60,229 nt of DNA, from the NCBI GenBank assembly GCA_003427395.1, contig BFEA01000043.1:994330-1054558 (forward strand), given 5' to 3'. Numbering within the stretch: the stretch's first letter is position 1; each line of letters begins with the position of its first letter. Shown in pieces: positions 48,953 to 60,229 of the stretch. The position numbers and the translations under genes were made by a program. The notes under the pieces are model-generated. The model worked only from the letters and a program-made list of their open reading frames with translations. It was not told the DNA's origin and made no database searches. Source of the DNA: Chara braunii. Its lineage: Eukaryota; Plantae; Charophyceae.

Positions 48953-51900
48953 CTATCCCCAGGTTTTCAGAAACCATTGATATTTCCTCTTACCTGGTTT
49001 TTTATTTTTAACTCTTCTGGCCCAATCGACCAGGACAGCCAATCTGAGTTGAAAACGCACTTCCATTTGCATCTGCTGCTGAGGAGTCTCCGCCTCCTTG
49101 AACACCTTTGCATTCCTACCTTGCCACAACACCCAAAGCAGAATAGCCCTCGCCACCTGTGCTATGCAACCCCACCTCTTGTGGCTATTCAAATTAGTTG
49201 GTATGTGACCCCGTCAGAATCCAATCATCATTCCACTCCATTACATTGTTAGTTATCTTCCTCCAATGTTGTCTCCACCATGACCAGAGCGATTGTGCCT
49301 TTGGGCATTCTAGTAGCGGAGTGTTTCTTCCGCCCCTCCACACCGAGAACAAAGGACATCAACCTCCATCTTTCTCTTTAACAGCCAAGAAGCAGTGGAA
49401 ACAATCCCCCGAGATATCATCCATAAGAAACCTGCCTGTTTTCTTGATGTCAGCAGTTGAATCAGTTCCCACAAAGATTTCAGGTGGCTGGCTTGTAAGG
49501 TACCGTGGTGTTAAGTAAGTCTTGGAGCTTTCCCCATATCTGTTCTTCTGACTCCTACGTGTGGTGTGTAGGAAGCTACCGACAAGGTTTCCTGCTTAGG
49601 GCCCACATGCATCCACTGTCGGTCTTGCGGGTCCAAGCGAAGTTGTTCCAGCGGGCGCCCCCACACAACAGCGACGCAGGCCAACCTGCATGCCATCTTG
49701 ACGGGATTTGCACTCTGACCTATGCTTTGAGATCCTGCTGTAGTTTCCAAGTGGTCCCTTCGTAGCAGATGTGATCCCCACTTCCCGATTGTACCTTCCA
49801 GTCTTCCATTATTATCCCGTCCTCTTCCTTTGAGATAACGCGCCCATATTCCGCCCCATTATCGTCCGTGGTTATTAATTGATGCCACATGTGTTCTCCT
49901 ACACCCTCCTGGGTTAGGATATCTACCATTCCTCTGGAACTACCAGAACCAGATCCGCTGCCCTCGACTCTACCTGATGGAGCCCACCCAATTTTTCCCT
50001 GAGTTCGACCTCTGTAAGCCATCTTCCTTCTTACTCCTCCCATAAATCACCCACTGTCACCAATCGTCATTCTAGTCATTTCCTTCCAAAGCTCCCTTTC
50101 CCATTTGTAGCCGTGAAGGGGCCCCCTGCCAAGTCCAACACCATTGGGTTTTCAAACAGATTTTGTCTGAGCACTGCAGTCTTGGAATCTACCTTGACTT
50201 CTGTTGGTCTGAGTTTTCGCCATGCTTTGAGTATCCCTGACCAGACTGGTGATGAAGAGTTTCTATGTAAATATGATTCCATCTGCATGCAGATCCATAC
50301 ATCTTTCTTCCATACCAACCCCAGTCGTACTGCAGAACATACTTTGCCAACCACACCCATGCTTTTTCTTCTCCTAAAGTAGCAACCTTTACCATCCACT
50401 TCCCTAGTAGCGTCTGGTTGTGAGAAACCGGGTCCACGATATTCAAGCCACCTTGTGCAAAAGGTGTAGTAATCTTCTTCCATGCCAATTTGACATACAT
50501 TTTCCTTTTTTCTTTTCCGTACTCCACAACAGTCTGACACTTGTTTCCAAGATTTTGGATGCTGGTCGGATTGCAAAGTCAAACCAGAGGAGAGGGAACA
50601 TGAACGTATTTAGGATCATTGCTCTTCCCAATAGGGAGAGACTACATGACGAGCGGCAACGTTCAATCCTTGCTTGAATTCTACCCAGCAGAATAGCATC
50701 CTGGGAGTGTTCAAAATCGGAGAAGGACACCTGGACACCCAAATAATGGTCTGCATTGCTTCCTTGAACCCTCTTCATAACCCAATCAACGTGTAGATCA
50801 TAGGACTCTGGGAGGAAGTAAATACACTTATCCCAATTGACCCGAGCTTCCGATAACAGGCAATACTGATCCAGTGTTTCTTTGAGTGCAGACAAGGACT
50901 CCTCCGTATTTTGACAAATTGTTAACAGATCATCCGCTATCGCACCCACTACTATCTGAACATGGGGGCGGATCGTGAGACCCATAATCTGCGGGTGTTG
51001 CCTTATAGCATTAAGGACTACCTCCATCTGAACCACAAATAACAAAGGGGCTAGGGGGCCTCCTTGTCTAAGAGAGTGAGTTAGATTGAACTCCTCAGAC
51101 AAAACTCCGTTGACTAGAACCGTTGTTGTAGAGAGAAATACATCGCTGTCACCCAGCGGGTGAAATTTGGCCCGAAGTTCATTAATTCCATCGTCGCTCG
51201 AACAACATTCCACTTTCCCCTGTCATAGGCCTTCTCAAGGTCCAACATCATGATGGCTATTGTCCTATCCTCCTTCCCTACAATTTCCAATGCTTCGATT
51301 GCCATCATAATGTTATCCATTATCGAGCGTCCTTTGACAAAGGCTCCTTGGTCCGTTGCTACTAATTGTGGAAGATATGGGGCCAAACGGATAGCCAATG
51401 TTTTTGCTAGGATTTGATAACTTACATTTAGGAGGGATATTGGGTGGTAATTCCTTATATTCTTTGTATCACCTTTTTTATACAGTAAGGAAATGACCCC
51501 TCGGGACATATCGGTAGTAAGACGCCCTCCCGTTAGGACTTTGTTGTATATTTGGAGAAGTAACGGTGCTACCTGCTGCCAAACAACTTCAAAGTACTCC
51601 ACACGGAGCCCGTCGTCCCCCGAGCATTTCCCTTTAGCCAGGATACTCCTTGCTTCTGTTATCTCCTCCAAGGACAGGGGTCTGTCCAATACGAGTTTGT
51701 CCAAGAGAGATAAAGTTGTCATTGTAGTTTTCCAGATATCACTCCCCTCTCTTAAGTCTCTCGGGGATTCCCCGACTGGCCTACGAGAGGTTAATATATC
51801 CTTGAAACAAGTCTGAGCATATTGACAGATGGTTTTTGTTTCCTTGGCGACATCAGCTTGAGCCAAGAAGGGGTGTTCCAACTCTCTCAGTGCAGTGTGA

Positions 51901-53058
51901 TACCTGGGCGGAAGGAGACGTTGAAAGGTTTCCTTCACCATCCTGTTCACCTGCAGTATTCCCTTCGCCCTTGCCCTCCAGGCCCAACTTTCTTGCTTTC
52001 GTGCCTGTATCTCTTCCCACTTCCCCACCCATCTATCCCGTTCATGTTCCCAATAAGTATCTGAGATCGGGTGTTCCCCGAAGTGACTCTACGCTTCCTT
52101 AATTTTGGATTTGCATTCATCTTTATCCTTGTCTCTTCCATAGGCCAGAATTCGAGAGAAACATCAATCGCTCTAGTGGTAATCCTGAGGCCGGCATCAA
52201 ACCATTCGTTTTCGAAGGAGAAAAACCCTCTTGCTCTGTCCCAGTCCTTCCAGTGTTGTATGCACCAGTCCTTCACAAATGAAATCGGAAGGTTGTCCGT
52301 ATTCAAACGGAAAATACCTCTACCCCTTTGAATTAACCTTGCCGTTTGAACCTGAGCTACTATTGGTATGTGATCAGACAGGATTTGCGGATGCAGATCT
52401 ATGTCAGTTAATGTTTCCCACGCCTCCGCCCTGACTAAGAAATAGTCCAGGCGTCTGTGGGGGGAAAACATATCCGGAAAGCGCTGACTGGACAACCAGG
52501 TGTAACTAGGTTCGAGGGGGTTTATCACTCGGTATGAATCTACCAACTCCTGTTGCTCAATAATGGAAATTAGCTCTACGGTGTCCGACTGAATGCTCTT
52601 TGGTTCTGACGAATCTAGCCCTGGGTTCAACAAGGTGTTCCAATCGCCACCCACAATCAAATTTTCTACCTCCAGGAGCAAGTGCGGTAGCTCTAAGAAG
52701 AAGGAGAGCCGTTCGCCGTAAACAACAGACACATATACTGACATCATGGACCATACCTTGTCTTCATATCTGAAGGAGACCCAGGCCCACCTCCCCCATA
52801 GTTCTTCTAAGTGATCTAAGATCGTTCGTGAAATAGCACTGCTACTCCTCTTGAGTCCTGGGCAGGGGCCAAAAAATGAAACCCTGTCCACCAGCGTTCA
52901 ATTCCCCTAAGCTTCTGTTCATCTAATTTCGTTTCTTGAAGAAGTGCTATATGAATTCCTTCGTTATGTATCCAAGTTTTCAACCTTGATTTCTTATGAC
53001 GACCATTAGAATCACCGAGGCCTTGAACGTTCCACGTGGCGACTTTTAATTCACTCAT
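48953..53058 (-). pseudogene. LINE ORF2 (APE endonuclease - reverse transcriptase - zf-RVT), frameshifted
   Basis: EN motifs TWNVQG, LQETK, GGDWN, RLDYFL, SDH. RT motifs NYHPISLLNVSYQILAK, DQGAFVKGRSIMDN, LDLEKAYDR, LRQGGPLAPLLF, IADD, YLGV. C-terminal LLWVLWQGRN. Confidence 0.92.
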
Positions 53059-53069
53059 GTTGATTGACC

Positions 53070-55957
53070 CTATGACCGAGTTGATGATTGGATGTGGTCC
53101 GTTCTCCCCATCCCATCATTTTTCCGTCTCCTTGGTGTTGTAGTTAAAAATGACGTAGGTACCTTTGGCCATGCCATTTTCAATACGCTCCTCAGACCAG
53201 GCGACATAAGTTGCCTGTCGCTTGGGAGAGAAACACAGAAATCGGCTACCAAATGGGCATCTATCCCTGGTTGGAGGACCACCTTCGCTAATTCGGGGGT
53301 GTCTTTGGAGGCAAACCAATCTATCGGAATCCACGTTCCCCCGGCTTGTTCCCAGTCCCCTGCCGCTTCTGTGGACTTTTGAAGTCCACGATTGCGATGA
53401 AAAAGGCCGTTGACAAAGAGTCCGATAGTTTACGCGACTTTTTCCCCAAACTTATCCCTGTGATTAAGCGATGACGTAGCTTTGTTCCAAAGAAGGAAGC
53501 CGGCATAGGCATCATTACAGAGCGTGTGGGTGGAGTGACAGGCACATGCAACAATGGAAGGGAAAAGAGCCCATCCTGCGAAGGGGAAGCCATCAATTTC
53601 AAGCCCTGAGAAGAATCCATGATACCTAGAATGGAAAGAAAGCTGGTGGAAGTGACAGCTTGGCCCAATTTTGGCAGGTTCATTCGGTCGGATTACTTGG
53701 TCTGATTACTAGCACTCTTTTCCTGTCCTGAAATCTTTCCTAGGGAAAGGGATGATGCCATACTACAAATTTCAATATCATCCCCTTCTTCTTCCCTCGT
53801 GATCTCCCCCCCTCCTTCAACTCCAACCTTCTAGATTTGCATGAGGCTGCACTCGCCGCCCTTCCTAATCTAGATAAGATCGCGGATGATTCTTTTTGGT
53901 TTGTAGCATGTTCCTTTTGGATGTTCCTTTGGTTATTTCCGATTTCCCAGGTGGCCGAAGAATCAATCAACACCCCACTAGAACTTTCCTTATTCACTTT
54001 AAGGGAGGAGACTGTACCTGACCCTTTTCCTGGAGGCAGTTCCCGTGAGGACGATGAGTTTTGCCTGTCCAAATCTGACGCTAACGTCAAGAATGAGCCA
54101 CTGCCTAGTCCCCTCGACAACAATTCGTAATTACTTGTCGTTGTAAAACTACCCCCAGGAGAGAAAAATTGTTCAAACCCCGGATTTGCATGCACGATAA
54201 CATAATTAGAAAGACCTGACGGAGGTGCAGTCTCATAACCTAAAACTGACTTCAGTAACGGTGGTGGAAGGCCCAAAGTCGATATCGGTACAGAGCCATA
54301 ACCAACAGTACCATTAGTCATGCCGATTGGCACAGACGGGATTGAAGTATGGTAATTGCCTGCAAATACTGCTGGGCTAAAACCATTTAGCCCTTGAGTT
54401 TGAGAGGTAGTCATGTTTGTCCATGAGGACGTTACTCCTGCACTTCTTGCTGTCCACGGCAGAGGGACACCACTCCCCCATATGGGACTGTTTATAAAAC
54501 TACCGGGGCTGGTATGTTGCACTACCATAGTTGGTCCTGTGCCTTGATACTGCGCCTGGCTGCTCCTCCATCCTTGTCCACTTGATTCTCTTTGTTGGGT
54601 AGCCTGCGAAGCCGTCAAGTGATATAATTGCTGTTGCTGATGTAGAGGCTGCCCCTGCTGCCCGGTAGGTTGCGCCAATTGTTGCTGTTGCAAAATTGGA
54701 TGTCCTCCCTTTTGGGGTTGTCCTTCTCCTCCTTGATGCTGTCCTCCCCCTTGATATTGACCTCCTCCTTGCTGCTGACCTCCTCCTTGAGGCTGTCCAA
54801 CCCCTTGATATTGTCCTCCCTGAAAACATCCTCCCCTTTGATGTTGACCTCCCCTTTGCTGCTGTGTGCCTTGTTGGTGCTATCCTCCACCCGAGCCCGA
54901 ATGAGAAGGCCTTCCTCCTGCCGGAGATTGTTGCCCACCTGATTGGAGGAGCGAATGACCACTCGAAGACGAGGGTGGAGGTGGTGGTGGTGGTGACGAT
55001 TGAAAAGGGGGGGGTGGCCCCGGAGAGCCCTGACCCCTTCCCCCTCCTTACTCCCTCGGCCTCGACCGCCCCGTCCGTCCCTACCACCTCACCCCCGTCC
55101 CCTCCTCCTGTCAGCAGGCATTTCCTCATTGTATCGCGGGCATTCAGGATCGTCCTCGGTGTGAAACCACCAGAGGCACTTGCTACAGAATGGAAATCCT
55201 GCGTGCCAATTCTTATCTCCAGATCCTCCCCATCCTTGCTCTGTACGTAAATCCAATCTCTATATGAGTCACACACACTAGGAGCGCAGTCTATTTTGAC
55301 ATTACCCAGCGAGGGTTCGCCTAATTCTTGTCTGGAGGATGCATCTTCAGGACTGGTCCAAAATTTTGCTCCACCGCTCTCTGCAAAGAAAACATCGCTA
55401 CCAGTGGCACCCAAAGAGCTATCAATCTGAAATGAGATGCCTGCTCCTGATTCCTCATTTGATCCAACTCCGCTCGCGTCATCCATGGTTTGAACAGAAC
55501 TTTAAAGCTACCTCCTCTGCAAGGAATATCTGCTGCTCCAAGCGTTACCATCCACTGGGCCATTTTTGATGATCTTGCTACATAGGACATAACATTCGGT
55601 CCTTCGCCGTGGGTCCTCCCTCTTTTCCCGGACGGGAAATATCGCTGGATCTCGAAACCACCCGTCTTCGTAGATGCGAAGCAGCTGTTCCCTATGTGCC
55701 AGGCTGAGGGTCTGGTCTTTGACCTGGAAGATGACTATGACCGTCCTCTCCTTCAGCCAACTGATAATCAAGTCGTCAATATCCTCATCCAAAATAAACA
55801 GGCCATAGTCGTCGTGCAACTCCACCCTCCCTATCTCCCTCCCGATGTTCTCTGGGAAGATTCCGTCATCGTAACACTTTTCCATAAGCACGCGAACTCT
55901 TGCCTCTTCTTCATCCTGCATACGTTGACCTTGAGGTAAGGCGGATGTCCCTGCCAT
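53070..55957 (-). pseudogene. LINE ORF1 (gag-like), disrupted; CX2CX4HX6C knuckle and Q/G-rich region
   Basis: Starts MAGTSALPQGQRMQDEEEARVRVLMEKCYDDGIFP. Knuckle FCSKCLWWFHTEDDPEC read at ~55140-55190. Q/G repeats at ~54690-54880. Broken over several ORF-track fragments. Confidence 0.75.
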
Positions 55958-56726
55958 GGCAAAATAAGAAGACACCTAACAAAACTCCTACACTTCATTC
56001 TTCCTGATACACACCCTAGACGCGCGTGCTCCTTAAGCGCCACGTCTCATCACTTTGTTACACACTCGTATATCTCCTTGATCGCCTCAAGCCACCTTCC
56101 TCTCCTTCCCTCCCCCCTCCCTTAGTTGGGGGTTGGCTGCCGGCATAGCCGATACAGCGAGGGTTGGTAGAGTTCTCGTCTTCCCCACAACATGCTGGCG
56201 AAGCGAGTTGATGGTACCGATTCTGCTGAACCGGTAACGCTGGGCCGGAGTGCGCTTGCACCCGTGCCTAGCGCCCGCCCCCCATTCTTTTTCTGTGACC
56301 CTGCAGAAAGATTTCAAATTCGCTAGTGGGACTTGGCCCCAGGTAGGGTAAGAGTTCGACTTTGGCATTGTGGTTTCTTGGGCGAGGTCACACACAATTG
56401 CATGGATTAAGAAGCGATAACGCCCATCGATCTTCATGAATGACCAACAGCTGATAAATCTCTTCATCCATGCAAGTTGCAAATCGGCCCTAGGCCTGGT
56501 TTCTGGCAGGTACAGCTTTTTGGTTTCCGGCAATAGTGTGATGAACCCAAAAAGGGAAGAAGCTCATGGTTTCACACCATGCAAGAGGAAGGAGCAGTTA
56601 ACAAACCCCTAAATTTTTAGTGGGGGGGAGGTTCAGGGTCGTTATAACCAACCTGTCACCCCTATTTAGCCAGACTTGTCCCCTATCAGGGGGTCCCTGT
56701 TAACCGCTTGTGGGTAAGTTCAAGCA

Positions 56727-56803
<77 letters not shown>

Positions 56804-57338
56804 NNNNNNNNNNNNNNNNNNNNNNNNNNNNNNNNNNNNNNNNNNNNNNNNNNNNNNNNNNNNNNNNNNNNNNNNNNNNNNNNNNNNNNNNNNNNNNNNN
56901 NNNNNNNNNNNNNNNNNNNNNNNNNNNNNNNNNNNNNNNNNNNNNNNNNNNNNNNNNNNNNNNNNNNNNNNNNNNNNNNNNNNNNNNNNNNNNNNNNNNN
57001 NNNNNNNNNNNNNNNNNNNNNNNNNNNNNNNNNNNNNNNNNNNNNNNNNNNNNNNNNNNNNNNNNNNNNNNNNNNNNNNNNNNNNNNNNNNNNNNNNNNN
57101 NNNNNNNNNNNNNNNNNNNNNNNNNNNNNNNNNNNNNNNNNNNNNNNNNNNNNNNNNNNNNNNNNNNNNNNNNNNNNNNNNNNNNNNNNNNNNNNNNNNN
57201 NNNNNNNNNNNNNNNNNNNNNNNNNNNNNNNNNNNNNNNNNNNNNNNNNNNNNNNNNNNNNNNNNNNNNNNNNNNNNNNNNNNNNNNNNNNNNNNNNNNN
57301 NNNNNNNNNNNNNNNNNNNNNNNNNNNNNNNNNNNNNN

Positions 57339-57432
<94 letters not shown>

Positions 57433-58527
57433 AGAAGAAGAAGAAGAAGAAGAAGAAGAAGAAGAAGAAGAAGAAGAAGAAGAAGAGGGAGGGAGGAGAA
57501 GACGAGTGATGAAGATGGAGGAAGAAGAGAGGGAGAGGAAGGAGAAGTCCCTTGATGCCTCTCAACAACGGAACCGGATACTGACCAGCGGAAAGGTGTC
57601 ACCTTGGAGCTGTGCAGGTGGGACGCGCTTGAAGACGGTCCAGAGCTATGGCGCCAGGTAAGTGCAGCAGGTAAGTCCCTCGTACTGGCCTCCGCCCTCA
57701 GTCCTGCGATACCACTCTAGCGCTAACCTACTTCCTCTACTAACACAGTGCTACCCAGTAGAAAGGTGACCTCGACCTCTAACTCTGCGTGCGTGCCAAG
57801 GAATGGAACGGCCCAGCTATCTATAGCGCTGGCCCTACAGTCTACTGGATCCGCCTGTGTCCTGGATTGTCCAACCGGACGATGATCCGGGATGCGGGCT
57901 CGAAAACCTGGTCCTGGCAAAGCATGTAACTGGACCTAAACCACGCGGTCCAGTCCATGCGAACTGTGCCGGGCCCTAACTGTGGCTTCTGTGCATGAAT
58001 TGGCCCAGAATACTGAATCGATGCGCTCAGTCCTACCGGTCTGCATCAGCGAAGCGAAACAACGTGTCCAGACCAGTCCGCTGCTGAAACGGACAAAACT
58101 CAGACCGGACAAAACCTGAACTGCGAACAGACAGAAATCTGAGAACAGACAAAAAGGAACCCAGAAAATGCAGAGGGCCTTAAAAAATGAGCGAATAATC
58201 CCACAACCAGCCCTGAAAATCCGGAAAAATCCTGAAAACTGAAAAGAGCGAATTTTGCATGAAAATACACTTTTGCCTTGGAGTTTAGGAACTTTAAAGC
58301 CCTTTTGATGCATTTTAAAACTCTTTTATTTTTTGCTGTTGGTTTATTTGGTGTCCGCTCTATGGACTGGTGACAAGTCTGGCTTAAAAGGTGTGGGACG
58401 TTTGTTATAATGACCCCCCAAAAACCCTGAAAATTTAGGGCTCTGTTAACCGCTTCTCCCAACAACCAGACCCCAAACACTCTATCCTAATATCGGGCCC
58501 CCCAGGAGGCCCGTGTGAGATGCATGC

Positions 58528-58593
<66 letters not shown>

Positions 58594-59657
58594 NNNNNNN
58601 NNNNNNNNNNNNNNNNNNNNNNNNNNNNNNNNNNNNNNNNNNNNNNNNNNNNNNNNNNNNNNNNNNNNNNNNNNNNNNNNNNNNNNNNNNNNNNNNNNNN
58701 NNNNNNNNNNNNNNNNNNNNNNNNNNNNNNNNNNNNNNNNNNNNNNNNNNNNNNNNNNNNNNNNNNNNNNNNNNNNNNNNNNNNNNNNNNNNNNNNNNNN
58801 NNNNNNNNNNNNNNNNNNNNNNNNNNNNNNNNNNNNNNNNNNNNNNNNNNNNNNNNNNNNNNNNNNNNNNNNNNNNNNNNNNNNNNNNNNNNNNNNNNNN
58901 NNNNNNNNNNNNNNNNNNNNNNNNNNNNNNNNNNNNNNNNNNNNNNNNCTCTCTCTCTCTCTCTCCCCTTCTCTCTCTCTCCGTGCCCCCTTTCCCGCCT
59001 TCTCAGCCCAGGATATGATCCCTCAAACCTCACTCTATCGCTCTAGAGCTAATCCATGAAGCACACTGGTTCTCTCTCTAGCCATGGCTACTCTAGTGTG
59101 CACTTTCACTCTCATGCTCTGGTGCTGCTCTGTCTGGCTTCTTCCAGCCCTACCGGTCAAGAATTACAGCTAGGAAGGCAGCACAAGGCTGAACACATTA
59201 GCGACCTGGGGCAGGCCAATGTTATGCAGTGTTGAATCGCGCTGGCCTGCCTCCAGTTGCCTCATCGAAGGGCCGATATTTCCCGATCTATGCAGCCAAG
59301 GTTTGCTTGTGGCCAGTGTTTGCCTGGACCTAGCCGGCCTTGGGAAGTTCTCGAAACCGGAACTGAGCATTTCAGTTTGTTTGATCTGTGGCTGTGGTGG
59401 TCCCCACTGGTGGACTCCGGCAAAACCTTTGACTCTTTGACTTTTGTGCCAGGGATGGATGGGCCTGGCAGTTGACGTCCCTAGGGCCCGCTTTTGTTTG
59501 ACTCTTCGCGTTGACCCCAGACCGACCAACCTAAGGACTCTCTGGCTCCTCTTCAGATGCTGTGGGACTGACTTTTCACCCTAGATCTTTGAGCCTACAG
59601 CTTTGACTCAGCTGAAAGCTACGACCCCGAAGACTTCTTCAGTGCTGATTTTTACCT

Positions 59658-59688
<31 letters not shown>

Positions 59689-60047
59689 GCCCTCCTTTAA
59701 TCATACACAACTCAGTGGGAAGGAGCGAAAGCAGAGCTCGAACTCCTCCACTCCCGAATTGAAATCCAACAGATAATTTAACAGTTCAGTAGCTGCTGGC
59801 TTGGCGGAACAAGTGGGGAGAAGATTAGGAAAGTGAAATGGAATGGGGGACAAAGGGAGAACCAAGGCAAGATAAACAGGGACTGCTACCTCCTTTTTCA
59901 ATGACTGGACTACTCTGGACCCATCTGTACCACAGCGCCACCTCTCACACTTCCCAGACCCGTTCCTCCCCTCTCCCTTGAGTTTCATAAACCGCAGTTA
60001 GTATGGTTTAGTAGAAGAGGGGTGGTTTAGTGCCTGGGGTTTAGGGT

Positions 60048-60229
60048 TTAAGACAGGGGTTGGGGTGAGGAAAAGGGCCTGCCAGTGGGCTCTCCCGGTT
60101 CTTTACGAGCCAGAGAGGGGGCGGGGCTCTCCCATTAAGACAGGGGTGATTTAAGGCAGGGGTTGGGGTGAGGAAAAGGGCCTGCCAGTGGGCTCTTCCG
60201 GTTCTTTACGGGTCAGAGAGGGGGCGGGG
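60048..60229. repeat. ~100-bp tandem G-rich repeat (runs off the window)
   Basis: CAGGGGTTGGGGTGAGGAAAAGGGCCTGCCAGTGGGCTCT...CAGAGAGGGGGCGGGG occurs twice. Confidence 0.85.

Larger units (their letters stand above)
48308..56040 (-). mobile_element. Near full-length degenerate L1-clade LINE retrotransposon
   Basis: ORF1 with CCHC knuckle, then APE endonuclease, RT and zf-RVT-like C-terminus in order on the minus strand. Poly(A) appears as a T-run at ~48308-48319. Multiple frameshifts and stops. Confidence 0.92.

Overview
Repeat-dense eukaryotic genomic DNA from a gapped short-read scaffold (12 N-gaps; all X-containing ORFs are artefacts). It is most likely a streptophyte green alga such as Chara; this is inferred from the gene, TE sequence style and microsatellites, and was not verified. 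Only one host gene is well supported: an uninterrupted PRA1.H-type prenylated Rab acceptor ORF (28138-28980, minus strand). Its upstream region is CpG-rich with an unusually dense ACGTGGC/G-box cluster. The rest is mostly mobile DNA: a near full-length degenerate L1-clade LINE (~48.3-56.0 kb); a four-level nest (Gypsy RT relic > TA MITE > 5'-truncated L1 > 2.3-kb solo LTR with a 4-bp TSD whose removal restores the L1 frame); tRNA-derived SINEs; and several MITE families (TTAA-flanked, TA-flanked Tc1/mariner-like, Harbinger-like, MULE-like, CACTA-like), plus mini- and microsatellites. Two Nextera mate-pair junction adapters were assembled in and created false duplications. The most interesting unexplained signal is a ~60-nt motif recurring about 9 times near retroelement poly(A) ends. 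It can fold into two hairpins plus a pseudoknot and shows compensatory base changes between two subfamilies, suggesting a conserved structured RNA element.
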